A stretch of 64,000 nt of DNA. Origin: Ylistrum balloti (Eukaryota). How positions within the stretch are numbered: the stretch's first letter is position 1; each line of letters opens with the position of its first letter. The notes beneath the pieces were generated by a model. That model did no database searches. It was given only the letters and a program-made list of their open reading frames with translations, and was not told the origin of the DNA. Location of the stretch: positions 496,001 through 560,000 of the forward strand of contig NW_026781957.1 of NCBI RefSeq assembly GCF_031769215.1. Direction: 5' to 3'. Positions 11,671 to 25,770 of the stretch are shown piece by piece. A program made the position numbers and the translations under genes.

Positions 11671-14600
11671 TTATAATTATTACCGAAGACATACCACTGA
11701 AAATCTAATTATACGAAGATTTACCGCTTACAGAATAAATAATGATATAATTTTAGTACCAAAGTCATACCATTATAGCATTCTGTTATATTTGGCAGGA
11801 CGATGTTATTAATAAAGCTGTATATTCTGCACAGAGCACACACCTGCTAAAATGATTCAACACGAGTATTCGTCAGTACATAACACGTCCCCCGTCATGG
11901 CTTAGCTTAAAGGCATACAAGTAGATACGAAATGTCGTTATTGCTCGTAAGATTACATAACTTCAGGTAAATTGTTATTATTTATATTTTACTCACTGTT
12001 TAAAATGACGGGATAATTATAAGTGAGCTTAAGAAATGTTCTGTATCAAAATAATGTAACAATCTTTAGCGAACAAATCATTTTCAACGAGAAATAATGG
12101 AGGGGAAAAGTTGTATGAGGAAACTGACTGGAAAGAAAACAAGAGAGTGGGGACCAGAATTCTTATACATTTCTCTTGTACCATGATAAATTGGCGCCTC
12201 TCATACAGAAATATTTATACAATTTCCATCAAATATTGAAGCTATATATAGAGTCATGAGATCGAGATTATCCATTCGAACTTTGGAAACAACCTGGTTA
12301 TAGATAGATTTAGACAAGGTGTAGAATTTTTACTTATATATTTTACAGTGTACTTGTACGGAACACAGTCGGGATTTTTTTTTTTTTTTTTTCATTTATT
12401 TTTTTCCGTGAGCCATCCGACTCAAAGGTTAAATAACAAACACATAATTACATAATGTGGTACAAACATGAAGGAATGTTATACAAATTAGGTTAAATGG
12501 AGAGTAAGCTTACAATGATACTGTAGTGTACAATTACTTCTATCAATCACTAAATTCTATGCATTTCCTTGAGGCACAATATAAATATTTCCCTAGATTA
12601 CATAATTCTTTTACATTATTGGTGCTCAGTAATATCGTTAACTTAAAACATTTGGACTTCTGTGATAAAATTGGTTGATATATTTACGTTTCAGATCGAT
12701 CGGGATGTGAAATCAAGTGATATTATACTCACCATAGGTTTACAAGCTTATTTAAACTTTGATTGGTGCAAAAGTAATGTGTTTATTGAACTTATCAGAA
12801 TCAAATCCAACGTCAGTCAATTATGTTTAAAAATACTTAAAGTATCATAAGGAATGGATATTCAATTACACAATCATCGTTTTGAATTATCTATGTACCA
12901 CATGTATTTCATTTACACATGTATTATTATATATATATTGTTGTTACGTATACTTGTAGGAACTGAAATAATATGTTTATATAATTATACTGCTACTCCA
13001 TTCATTTGTTAATTAATCAGTACACTGTATTAAGTTACACCTTGTCATCAGGTTCGTTCTTCGTCATTATTCTATTATTCTGTTTGTAAAGTTTTCTAAA
13101 AATAGTAACAATAATTATGAGAAGTTTGCAATTGAATTCTCAGAATTACAAGATATTATATTATACGTGTCCACTGGCCATTAATGATACACACGTCACG
13201 TGCTACTGGCCATTAATGATACACACGTCACGTGCTACTGGCCTGAAGTGACACAGGTTACGTTGCCTTTTGGCGGGATCGTCAGACCCGTCAGTTACAA
13301 CACACTTACCTGTACGGTAATTATGTCCAGGTAGTGTTTTAATGAGGTCAGACTCGTCACTTTTGTAAGTGGTAGGAAGCGTTCAGGAGATGTAATGTAC
13401 TACCATATATCGGTCAAATAGAGAGGAGTTTACAGTGTATATATAAGATATTCGTAAGAATGGGATATTCGTTTACTTGGAAGGATGTGTAAGGGATTTA
13501 CCCGTGTACGAGGTTTTGGTAGCAGTTATCATTTATATTCCGTGGTAATTCATACTTGGTTTTATTTTTATATTCTTAAAAAAAAGGTGTGTTGTACAAA
13601 AGTAGATTAGATTACATACCTGTAGCTATTTCTTATATCCTGGTTGAATAAGGGATACTTGTACAAATCCGTTACCAGGCAATACCAAGTATTTTTTGTG
13701 AAATTCTTGGAATAGTCTCCCTTCCCCTATATACACAATTCCTAGTATAAATTCCATTAGTTCAGACGTTATATTGATCATGCTCGCCTCATTATAAAGA
13801 TTTGTCTGTTTTTTATACAGTGTAACAAACGTTTCACCTTATTCACAGCACGAGAAAACTGCTGAGGCTCGCGGTAAATGTGTGAAGTTGTCTGAGAGGT
13901 CGACTCTGTCTCGTTGTCAATAATTAGTTGATAAGCGTGCTCGCAACTCTATATTGCAATGTTTTATAGTGGATAACTTGAATGTAACGCTAACCCTTCT
14001 GAAACACATGGTCTCATTCTCCTTATATTATTTAATTCATTTTGGCTCTGTCTTTTTAGGTCTAGATTTCCATCGAAATATTTCTGTATTTGTTTAAGAA
14101 TATTTTATTGTCATATTACGATGTGAGAAGAGTTGGTCAGTAAGTTTTACCAACTTAAAAGTGGCCTCTCCCTATATACAGATATACAAATATGAAATAA
14201 TACTAGTCACATGATCAAACATTAGAATGTGAAATATGAAGACATTACAGTCTAATTCGCTGGTGTGTTTTTGTAAAATAATTTTAATTCCATAACTGCA
14301 ATAGATGACCTTGTTCAGACATTGTGGTCAGGAAGATAAGTACATTCTCTCATCCATGATACATGGATAATCGATAATTCATTGGAGAGTATACGCCTAG
14401 GTTGATAAAGAGGTCCTAGTACCGATTTTGTTAACATCACTTGCTTACGTAATATAATGTATCTTCTTTGAAGATAGCAATTATTCAAAAATGAAATTGA
14501 TATGTTGTGTTGTGATGTTTTCGTAACCTGCATGTCACGGTTCAGAATATACCTATTAGATACACGTATTTTAAATAGATTTTTGAAATTGTGGGACTAA

Positions 14601-16972
14601 TAAATCTCACTATCTTGTTTCGACATTCGTTTCATTTTTTATTTCCCTCAATCGCCTCCAAGGTTTTTAAAAGTACTTGTTGTGAACTTTCCAAACTTAC
14701 CTTCAAAATACCTGTTGTGAACATTCCTAACTTACCTTCAAAGTACCTGTTGTGAACTTTTCAAACTTACCTTCAAAATACCTGTTGTGAACTTACCATT
14801 TCTATTAACATATGCATGCTTCTATGATATTAACATATCACAGTCAATTCGCCATTCTAAGATCACTTACAATAATATCTGTGGTAGATATATATATATA
14901 TGCAGATTGACTGATAATATTTTATGGAAGTTATCACTATTTCATCAAGAAACTTTGTATTATCTAGTGTAACGTGACCATAGGCGTGTCCAGTGCTTGT
15001 CAGTGTGTCTGATGGTGCGTTGTTACTACCCAGACACTCTACATATTGCTTTGACGCTGTTTACATATACTTCAAACAATATGTTGGTATTTCTCTTGTA
15101 TTCTCGGCACATTCAACTTCTTGTTCATATTTCTTCTTGTTAAATCATTAATACTACATTTTAAGTCATTATTTTCAAGTTGTCTCCTGAATGTATCAAA
15201 TATGTATTTGGAAGTCTTAGTGTCCCTCCATTTGTCTTTATAAAGATAAACCCGGAAGCTTTGTGACGCTACTATTACAGCACATTGTGATATATATATA
15301 TATATACGTACTACAGAGATCACGCAGCAATAATTAAGTAAGCAAATAAATAAACAACAAATGAAAAACTGTTAAAAAGTTTAATTCAATAACTTGGAAA
15401 TATCTCGCTATTACACATCAAGGACTGATGATAGTCAATAGACCAGAATAAACACATTGGGGTAACACAGCCTTGCGTAACGTCCCGTCGGGACTAACCA
15501 ATAGAAAACATTCTATCATAAGAATTAAACGGACTGATATGTTTCGAGCGTTTTTATTGGTTAAATTGTTGGTTGTTTAGTAGAATTTGACTTCTGATTG
15601 GAGGTAATGAGAAATCACAGAGAGGTAGTGATTGAAAACTAGACAATGTTTATTACATAGGATCAATTTGGTTACAGATGTGTTTTATAATGGGTGGAGA
15701 TTCTTGGTAGCCTGATATATCACTGATCTCGTTTATCATATTGACTTTATCATCAATAGTGTTGGCTCTGAACATTTTTATCCATTATAAGCAATAAAGT
15801 GTGGGTGGGAGGGGGAGGGGTAGTTACTAGGGGTTTAAACCCATTGCACACGAGATTCCATTTATATAATGTCAGAAAATTGGTCATCAAATAACATCGG
15901 TGATAAACATTAAGTAAAATAAAATGTATGTTTACACTTCGTCAATAAAAAATGTACGCTCAACTTTAGTCAAATCAGATAAATCATAAGCTGAAAAGTT
16001 CGCACACAATATGTTAAAAGGCCAGACTATGTATCGGCAAAATATACAGCTAAGTATCTGTTGACTACAACAATAGGCAGAAATATAGAAAAAATATATA
16101 TAGATATTGCATAATTAGAACTCTTTGTACTCAGTCATAACAACGGCTCCTAAATATCATACTTAACACAATCACTCAAAAAATTCCTTAATGCCACTCT
16201 AATTACGTCTAACAGAACCGAAGAACTAGCCAGATCACGACCTTCCCATGATGCTCCGCACGAAAAGGTTCACGATATACGTGTAACTAAATCGGACCAA
16301 TTCAATCCTTTGGTATTTCTAACAAATATTAAAATGCTTCATTCATAAAAATAATTCTGTAAGTAATGTCAACATTACACAGACTAGAAATTTAACAATT
16401 CTCGCTCGCCTTGATACCACGATAAAATTATGCACACAATAAAATGTCTGTCATCATATCCTTAATCTCGTATCATTAACAAGTATTATCAAAAACATGT
16501 CAGTTCCATGTGTGTGATAGCTTGATGGAAGGACGACAATACAAACCTAAATAAGCTTCGAAATTGTGGATTTCATCGTCTTTGTATGTACACACGTGTA
16601 TGTAAGGTACAAATGTATTGTCTATTATGTAATCGTGGTGATATGTTCTCAATGTTTTGAATTACATGTTCCATTTCTTTTGTACTCTTAGTTTTGGAGG
16701 TAATAAAGAGAATAATAATAATAAAAATAATTTAAAAAGTGAGACAGAGACTTGAATAGGTAAATATGGAATGTTCTTTATGATTAAACACAGAGGGCAC
16801 AGCTTAAAAAGTGGAAAACGAAAGCGTAATGTCAAATTGTAAACAGAGAAACATACTGATGAAGGGACAGAGTTTGTGAACTTATTTAAACTAGAAGCAG
16901 TTGAAGATAAATCCTCTTTAAACAAAGTAACTAACTATAATTACTGCGACAATACAAGTTTTCATACTTAAA

Positions 16973-17728
16973 TTTACAGTGTAACAGAAACCTCTCACTC
17001 ATTAACCCGGATGTAGCGTCCAGTCCTTAAAGTTACAGTGTAACAGAAACCTCTCACTCATTAACCCGGATGTAGCGTCCAGTCCTTAAAGTTACAGTGT
17101 AACAGAAACCTCTCACTCATTAACCCGGATGTAGCGTCCAGTCCTTAAAGTTACAGTGTAACAGAAACCTCTCACTCATTAACCCGGATGTAGCGTCCAG
17201 TCCTTAAAGTTACAGTGTAACAGAAACCTCTCACTCATTAACCCGGATGTAGCGTCCAGTCCTTAAAGTTACAGTGTAACAGAAAACCTTACACTGATTA
17301 ACCCGGACGTAGCGTCCAGTCCTTAAAGTTACAGTGTAACAGAAACCTCTCACTCATTAACCCGGATGTAGCGTCCAGTCCTTAAAGTTACAGTGTAACA
17401 GAAACCTCTCACTCATTAACCCGGATGTAGCGTCCAGTCCTTAAAGTTACAGTGTAACAGAAAACCTTACACTGATTAACCCGGACGTAGCGTCCAGTCC
17501 TTAAAGTTACAGTGTAACAGAAACCTCTCACTCATTAACCCGGATGTAGCGTCCAGTCCTTAAAGTTACAGTGTAACAGAAACCTCTCACTCATTAACCC
17601 GGATGTAGCGTCCAGTCCTTAAAGTTACAGTGTAACAGAAACCTTACACTGATTAACCCGGATGTAGCGTCCAGTCCTTAAAGTTACAGTGTAACAGAAA
17701 CCTTACACTGATTAACCCGGATGTAGTG
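16973..17728. repeat. 59-bp tandem repeat, ~12-13 highly homogeneous copies
   Basis: Unit TTACAGTGTAACAGAAACCTCTCACTCATTAACCCGGATGTAGCGTCCAGTCCTTAAAG, plus a minor variant (CCTTACACTGATT). Confidence 0.96.
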
Positions 17729-18300
17729 TCCATTACTTCAAACGACAACTAACGAGGGGTAACGATTAGAAGGGAACGTAACAAAATGCAACATCAACAT
17801 CATTATAGATTTATCAAAACGTAATTAATACAGATTTAAACATCGGGATCACAAGTGGAGTGTAATATAAGAACAATGAATATCTCTCCGATAATAGCAT
17901 CGCCATTTAGTCATCACGGGTTGCCATGCTGTAAGTAGACGGGCACCTGACAACGGGTATCACCACGCGATCGATACGGAAGGATTCGAGGACAACACAA
18001 TCTATCGTCTCCGGTCCGTTAATAACCGAGTCAGCATACAGATCTGATCATATCATAGAATCTTTGTAGTTGTTGACACAGTGCATACATTGATGAATTC
18101 ATTGTATCCTTAACAGATAACAAAAATATTTGGCACATTCTATGAGCAGTCAAATAAATAACAAATATTTACATCTCAACAATAACTTACACTAGAACGT
18201 GTACAAACGCTTGTTATGACGTATCTCTAAATTCCCTTAATTTCATAGATTACAAGGGAGGATTTCCGCGTCATCTTGAACTATCCTTGGATTGGTGATG

Positions 18301-18494
18301 TCAGTATTTCCTAGCATTCTCTTTACTTTTGCCGTCAGCGACCTTCCGCTTCCGGATGCGCATGATCTGTCGTCTGTTGAGATAAACTGCTATCACTATG
18401 GGGATGGTGATGACGGGAAAGGCGACCAGAATAATACCAGCTGCCAAAACATCGTACTGGTTGTTATTTGTAGCATATATCGACAGTAGAATAC
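18301..18494 (-). CDS. Small two-TM protein, terminal coding exon 3 of 3
   Basis: Acceptor gtctgtttcag| (phase 1), then (G)ILLSIYATNNNQYDVLAAGIILVAFPVITIPIVIAVYLNRRQIMRIRKRKVADGKSKENARKY*: a hydrophobic helix followed by a basic stop-transfer segment. Confidence 0.75.
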
Positions 18495-19109
18495 CTGAAA
18501 CAGACAAATTTCATATTAAGTCCAAAATTTACATTGTTTCCTTTGCTACTTAATCTGAAGTAGTCTCGTGCTGCGGTGTGTCCTCGTGACATACACAATT
18601 CGCAGATATATCTCTTGTCTTACGCTTAGTTTTGAATAGTTACCCGGTTCAATTTATTTGCCTTTTATCGTGACCGTGAACTAAATCACTGCTAAAGTAC
18701 ATAGTTAGACCAGGGCTGATAAAACAGTGTATATGCTTGGGACAATAATATTGATTATATCATACAAGTCGGTGGTGATTTACCGAACATTATCGAACCC
18801 CTGATGTTTATTAGAATTGTAGACATCACTGAAAAGACTACAGCCTACTGACTTGCAGTCTGAGTTTAGTCTGTACCATTCTGCTTCCCAAGCGTGTTGG
18901 TTACATTGATCCAGTAATGACGGATAGTAATGAATGTAATATCCATAATATAAGGAACTCTATCAATTCTCAGAATATGTATATAACGATCGATGAGTTG
19001 ATAAATAAACACAAATAGTGTAGCTGATATAGCCGCCCACTGTCGGTATGGAAATAGAGGAATCAGTTTATATCAACGACCATCAAACAATCAGGACTAA
19101 ACTCGTAGA

Positions 19110-19640
19110 ATAATGGTTTATAGCACCGGCATCAGTTAATAACACGTCGAACAAAACTTATACATTAACCAGTTACATCGGTCTGTGTAATTAAACATAA
19201 CCTAGTACTTAGTAAAACAATGGTTTATAACACCGGCATCGGTTAATAACACATGGAACAAAACTTATACTTTAACCAGTTATCATCGGTCTGTGTAATT
19301 AAACATAACCTAGTACTTAGTAAAACAATGGTTTATAACACCGGCATCGGTCAATAACACATGGAACCAAACTTTATACTTTAACCAGTTATCATCGGTC
19401 TGTGTAATTAAACATAACCTAGTACTTAGTAAAACAATGGTTTATAACACCGGCATCGGTTAATAACACATGGAACAAAACTTATACTTTAACCAGTTAT
19501 CATCGGTCTGTGTTATTAAACATAACCTAGTACTTAGTAAAACAATGGTTTATAACACCGGCATCGGTTAATAACACATGGTACCAAACTTATACTTTAA
19601 CCAGTTATCATCGGTCTGTATAATAAAAAATAATCTAAAA
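19110..19640. repeat. ~108-bp tandem repeat, ~5 copies
   Basis: AAAACAATGGTTTATAACACCGGCATCGG at 19214, 19322, 19431 and 19539. Confidence 0.92.
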
Positions 19641-19764
19641 TTCAGTAAAAACAATGGTTCGTAACACATTTAACACAAATTACACATAAAGGTTCATAAA
19701 TGTAAATTGGAAAGCGAGGGCTGTAGTGCGCTTGATATTCAAAGACTACATATTAACTGAAATA

Positions 19765-20030
19765 TCGGTTTATAACATCTGATTTTCACAAATAATATGT
19801 AAAATATCGGTTTATAACATCTAATTGTGACATATTACATGTAAAATATTGGTTTATAACATCTAATTGTGACATATAATATGTAAATATTGGTTTATAA
19901 CATCTAATTGTGACATATAATATGTAAATATTGGTTTATAACATCTAATTGTGACATATAATATGTAAATATTGGTTTATAACATCTAATTGTGAAATAA
20001 AACATGTTAAATATCGATTTATAATATCCA
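19765..20030. repeat. 41-bp tandem repeat, ~6 copies
   Basis: Unit ATGTAAATATTGGTTTATAACATCTAATTGTGACATATAAT. Confidence 0.9.
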
Positions 20031-20239
20031 TAAAATATTGCAAATTAACCAGATTAACATCGATTTATAACATCTTGATAAACACGGCTTCTTAACCAAA
20101 GAGATCTATTACATCTACATACAACACATTAACCATTAAACCATAAACACCAAAGAAACACACTAATGTATTGGTCAATAAACAAACTATATATTGTCAA
20201 GGAAGATCCCGATAATATTATAAACACGAACTATAACCT

Positions 20240-20710
20240 AGTAAAACTATATTGCTCACAGAACTTCCGGTTTATAGCTTTAACATGATATACTGCCCAG
20301 TAAAACTGTATTGCTCAGTGAACTTCCGGTTTATAGTTTTAACACGATATAGTGCCCAGTGAAACTGTATTGCTCAGTGAACGTCCGGTTTATAGCTTTA
20401 ACACGATATAATGCCCAGTAAACTTCCGGTTTATAGCTTTAACACGATATACTGCCCAGTAAAACTGTATTGCTCAGTGAACTTCCGGTTTATAGCTTTA
20501 ACACGACAACTGCCCAGTAAAACTGTTTTGCTCAGTGAACTTCCGGTTTATAGCTTTAACACGATATACTGCCCAGTAAAACTGTATTGCTCAGTGAACT
20601 TCCGGTGTATAGCTTTAACACGATATACTGCCCAGTAAAACTATATTGCTCAGTGAACTTCCGGTTTATAGCTTTAACACGATATACTGCCCAGTAAAAC
20701 TATATTGCCC
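20240..20710. repeat. 59-bp tandem repeat, ~7-8 copies
   Basis: Unit AACTTCCGGTTTATAGCTTTAACACGATATACTGCCCAGTAAAACTGTATTGCTCAGTG. Confidence 0.93.
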
Positions 20711-22179
20711 TTTAAAACTCACATTAAATATCGTTATAATGACATATTGCCAAGGACAAACTACATTGGCCTGTAAAATTCCGGTTTATAACATAAACAA
20801 GACGTATTGATCATCATAGCTTTATAACATCTGGAGATGTAACATATTGAATATTAAATCATCTTTTAATATCACATGAGCACGACATATCATGTCGATT
20901 AGACAACAGGAAGAAATCCCTTTCGGTTATCTTTGTTTTATTAGTCATTCTGAAATTATTTCCGTCAAATCTACTTATGTACCCCAGTTTATCACGTGAC
21001 GAATTCCCATGATGACAATTACAATGATCGTATCACTGAGTTTGTGTCGTGTTTGATGAATAAATCAATTTTGTTACCTACTAGTAATCTAGTTCCCAAG
21101 CCATCTCTGGCTGTGAATATTTTGATTTGGTCGCCATATGCCGTACCCAGCGACGCGAAGTTTTATGGTCTGCCTATTGTTACAAACGCATGTTAAAGGG
21201 TAGATCAATTTGAAGTTATACAGAACACCGTACATGTAGGCTTCCACTGTGCGTGCATGTATTTTTTTTAAAAAGCTGAAAGCTTTCATTGCCACTAAAA
21301 TGAAAGTTTTCATCACAAATGGTTCCTTCCGTGTCTATTTAAAATAACAACATATATTGGTTAAAATTATTAAACAGTCTTGTGTTTGTATCAACTGAAT
21401 CTCCTGTTCATAAAACATAGGTCGGTATCGGTAAAATTGGCCCTATAACTAGTAACTCGCATAGTGTGCTTCAGTCATTTTCACCAATATAAAATTAAAT
21501 AATTTGACGCAAACCAAAGGCAATTAGGCTAATCATTTACAAAATAAATAGACGCGGAGTTCAGAATATAGAAAGGCAATCTCAAAGGTCTTTGTGTTAG
21601 GTTTAAACTTCTTTTCCGATCCCAAATATAGTGTGTTTGTTGATTAATTTACATAAGTCGTTAAAAATAGTCCCCGTGATGGTCGGTAGACAAGATGGTT
21701 TAGACGTGGCACCAAGATCACACCAAACATCAGATACTGCGAAATACATCCGCACGACGTAAAACACAACAGACACACAAGACCATAAATCTATAAACTG
21801 TTATACACCAAGTATCTATAATGGCCGCTCTTTCATGTCTTTATAAGTTGTTAAATATTACAGGACCAGCTGTGACAGCTAACACAGCTGTGAAGCTATT
21901 TCTGAACGCAAATATACTTTGAATACACATAAACGGCTTTAGTTTTCGCATTGTACAGGGTATGCTTAAGTTATATATACTGTGTAATTCCGAGCTTGGG
22001 TGTAAATTATAGGACATTTTTCTTAGCTTATCATAATCATATGATTACTTTGAGAGTCAAACGGTCATTCATTATGACCCTATCGGTTCTGTGACTTTGG
22101 AACCACGCAACATCTGGTAAAGGTCCTGGGTCGGTTTGTTAATCCCGCTGGGTCAGGTCGATTTGTAGACACCAAGGAT

Positions 22180-22700
22180 TCAGGTTAAATCCCTCTCTGG
22201 GACGGTTTGTAGATCCTGAGGTGTGAGGTCCGAACCCTACCTGGATCGGTTTGTAGATCCCAAGGTGTAAGGTACGATCCCTACCTGGGACGGTTTGTAG
22301 ATTCCGAGGTGTGAGGTCCAAACCCTACTTGGGATGGTTTGTAGATCCCGAGGTGTGAGGTTCAAACCCTACTTGGGATGGTTTGTAGATCCGGAGGTGT
22401 GAGGTCCAAACCCTGCTTTGGATGGTTTGTAGATCCCGAGGTGTGAGGTTCAAACCCTACTTGGGATGGTTTGTAGATCCCGAGGTGTGAGGTTCAAACC
22501 CTACCTGGGACGGTTTGTAGATCCCGAGGTGTGAGATCCAAACCCTACTTGGGATGGTTTGTAGATCCCGAGGTGTAAGGTACGATCCCTACCTGGGACG
22601 GTTTGTAGATTCCGAGGTGTGAGGTCCAAACCCTACCTGGGACGGTTTGTAGATTACGAGGTGTGAGGTCCAAACCCTACTTGGGACGGTTTGTAGATCA
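22180..22700. repeat. 44-bp tandem repeat, ~12 copies
   Basis: Unit GGTTTGTAGATCCCGAGGTGTGAGGTTCAAACCCTACTTGGGAT, e.g. copies at 22336 and 22380. Confidence 0.93.
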
Positions 22701-22856
22701 TAAGGAGGTGTTTCACAAGAAGTAGAGATCGCAGAACGTACGAGATGTTGCCCAAACTACGGTACCTGATATATGACGTCATATATATATATATTTATGT
22801 TACCATTCAGACAGAATAGAACATATACGGATGACATACAGTTTAGAGACACCTAC

Positions 22857-22943
22857 CGGCAGGAAATATGATAACCAGAAGAAGGCAAAGAGAAGTTCCG
22901 GTCAGACATCCTCCCAAACAGCATAATCCGGCCTGTGGCTCAA
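22857..22943 (-). CDS. Small two-TM protein, coding exon 2 of 3
   Basis: Acceptor ttttatttcag| and donor |gtaggt. 87 nt, phase 1 to phase 1, encoding (V)EPQAGLCCLGGCLTGTSLCLLLVIIFPA(G). Joins exons 1 and 3 in frame. Confidence 0.72.
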
Positions 22944-23239
22944 CTGAAATAAAACAATTAAACACGAAAATAGTAACTGATAATTACACGAAATGTAAAA
23001 ATTGCACTTGTATGTAAGGGTAGTGGAGCGTGGGACGACAAACGCCCTTAGATAGGTTATAAGTTACCAGATGTAGGTGTCACTAGGTATCTCGCCATGA
23101 AACATAAATTATATATTTGAACTTTCACCTATGAATATTTAATGTGATGACAAGGAAACCATGTAGCTTTATGTATGTTTGAAATTGAACGAATATAGGT
23201 GCATTCTTAATAAATAATGAGACAGGTGTAATATAAGTT

Positions 23240-23745
23240 AACGGTGTGGGTATAATATAAGTTAACGGTGTGGGTATAATATAAGTTAGTGATGTGGGTA
23301 TAATATAAGTTAGTGATGTGGGTATAATATAAGTTAGTGGTGTGGGTATAATATAAGTTGATGGTGTGGGTATAATATAAGTTAGTGGTGTGGGTATAAT
23401 ATGAGTTAGTGATGTGGGTATAGTATAAGTTAGTGATGTGGGTATAGTATAAGTTACTGGTGTGGGTATAATATAAGTTAGTGGTGTGGGTATAATATAA
23501 GTTAATGGTGTGGGTATAATATAAGTTAGTGATGTGGGTATAATATAAGTTAGTGGTGTGGATATAATATAAGTTAGTGATGTGGGTTAATATAAGTTAG
23601 TGATGTGGGTATAATATAGGTTAGTGATGTGGGTATAATACAAGTTACTGGTGTGGGTATAATATAAGTTAATGGTGTGGGTATAATATAAGTTACTGGT
23701 GTGGGTATAATATAAATTAGTGGTGTGGGTATAATATAAGTTAGT
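23240..23745. repeat. 24-bp tandem repeat, ~21 copies
   Basis: Unit GTGTGGGTATAATATAAGTTAGTG. Confidence 0.94.
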
Positions 23746-24234
23746 GAACGCATTATATCATCGTTATTATTATATGCCAGTATTGACATATATTTCCACA
23801 TCATCTTAATCTCGATCAAGTGAGCTCGACGGATGTTTGTTAACAGACTAAATCGCTGAATTCGGATCGATACTTGTCTGAAATATTAATGGTTACTTAT
23901 CCAACGGTGTGCATATAACTGTCTGTGAGGTTGTGATTGACTCCGGTGTATGCCAGGTATATGTTATGTGTATATACCGGGGAAAGTACTCTCCGACTGG
24001 TCCTTAACACGAATTTATGATGAAACCCTAATCTTCAAGTCGTGCTGAAATCGTTTTCTATTACAATTTATTGCCCGGTGTCTTTGAATTGAAGAATTCA
24101 GCATTGTTTGCTGTAGGTCAATTGTTGTCGTTTATCAGATAATGTCCGAACACTCAGCCAAAGGTCAGTATGACGACGCAGTCACAGTGGTGTTCATTTT
24201 GTAAACTTTGAATAAAATTTCATTTCGGGAGAAA

Positions 24235-25770
24235 AAGAAGAATAAGTAGGGAGGGTAACAGCAGAGAAATAAGTGAGGAGGATGAGAGCAGAGAAATAAG
24301 CGGGGAGGATGAGAGCAGAGAAATAAGTGAGGAGGATGAGAGCAGAGAAATAAGTGAGGAGGATGAGAGCAGAGAAATAAGCGGGGAGGATGAGAGCAGA
24401 GAAATAAGTGAGGAGGATGAGAGCAGAGAAATAAGTGAGGAGGATGAGAGCAGAGAAATAAGTGAGGAGGATGAGAGCAGAGAAATAAGTGAGGAGGATG
24501 AGAGCAGAGAAATAAGTGAGGAGGATGAGAGCAGAGAAATAAGCGGGGAGGATGAGAGCAGAAAATTAAGTGAGGAGGACGAGAGCAGAGAAATAAGTGA
24601 GGAGGATGAGAGCAGAGAAATAAGTGAGGAGGATGAGAGCAGAGAAATAAGTGAGGAGAATGAGAGGAATGAGTCGGGAGAGCACGAGAAATAAGTCGAG
24701 AGAACACGAATGAATCGAGAAGGTACGAATGAGCCGAGAAGGTACGAATGAGTCGAGAAAGTACGAATGAGTCGAGAAGGTACGACTGAGTCGAGAAGGT
24801 ACGAATGAGTCGAGAAGGTACGAACGAGTCGAGAAGGTGAGAAGGTACGAATGAGTCGAGAAGGTACGAACGAGTCGAGAAAGTACGAACGAGTCGAGAA
24901 GGTGAGAAGGTACGAATGAGTCGAGAAAGTACGAACGAGTCGAGAAGGTGAGAAGGTACGAAAGAGTCGAGAAGGTACGAATGAGTCGAGAAGGTGAGAA
25001 GGTACGAATGAGTCGAGAATATACGAATGAGTCGAGAAGGTACGAACGAGTCGAGAAGGTGAGAAGGTATGAATGAGTCGAGAAAGAACGAACGAGTCGA
25101 GAAGGTGAGAAGGTACGAATGAGTCGAGAAGGTACGAATGAGTCGAGAAGGTGAGAAGGTACGAATGAGTCGAGAATATACGAATGAGTCGAGAAGGTAC
25201 GAACGAGTCGAGAAGATACAAATGAGTCCAGAAGATACGAATGCGTTGGCAGAACAAGAGAACGGAGTAGGAAGGGGGAGAGAAATGAGTCAAGAAGACA
25301 AGAGAAATGAATCGGCAAAACAAGAGAAATGAGTCGGGAGGTAAAGAGAGATGAGTCGGGAGGTAAAGAGAGATGAGTCGGGAGGTAAAGTGAGAAGAGT
25401 CGGAAGGTCAAGAGAAATGAGATGGAAGGTTAAGAGAAATTAGTAGGAAAGGTGAGAGAAATGAGTCGAGAAGGTAAGGGAAATGAATCGGGAAAAAGAG
25501 GAATGAGTCGGGAGGGTACAAGGAGCGAGTCGTGAGAACACGAATGAAGGGGGAAAGCAAGAAGAATGAGTTGGGAGGGTAAGAGAAATAGGTCTGGAGG
25601 GTAAGAGGAATGGGTCAAGAGAACACGAATGAGTCAGGAGGATGATATGAATGAGTCGGCAGAACAAGAGGACCGAGTTTTGAGGTTAAGAGAGTCGGTA
25701 GAGCAAGCAAACGGAGTGAGTTGCGGGGGGGGGGTGGAGGTATTGTAATGAAGAACGAGTTAGGAGAACA
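24235..25770. repeat. GA-rich compound minisatellite (27-bp array, then 19-bp array, then degenerate purine-rich repeats)
   Basis: GAGGAGGATGAGAGCAGAGAAATAAGT x~15 (24260-24660), GAGTCGAGAAGGTACGAAT arrays (24700-25210), then diverged GAGTCGGGAGG units. Confidence 0.92.

Noticed and set aside
13310-13726. Two minus-strand exon-like segments (13726-13620 and 13399-13310) with good GT donors
   Set aside because: Their only stop-free frames are phase-incompatible and the peptides resemble nothing I recognise. They could be non-coding exons, but I cannot support that.
15072-15323. 83-aa minus-strand ORF (…YIFDTFRRQLENNDLK…)
   Set aside because: No ATG or convincing splice sites, and no recognisable motif.
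16973-17728. CRISPR-like appearance of regular repeats (here and in other arrays)
   Set aside because: Head-to-tail units with no unique spacers, eukaryotic context, and no cas genes.
24165-25667. Ser/Leu/His-rich minus-strand ORFs up to 367 aa
   Set aside because: Translations of GA-rich minisatellites within an intron.
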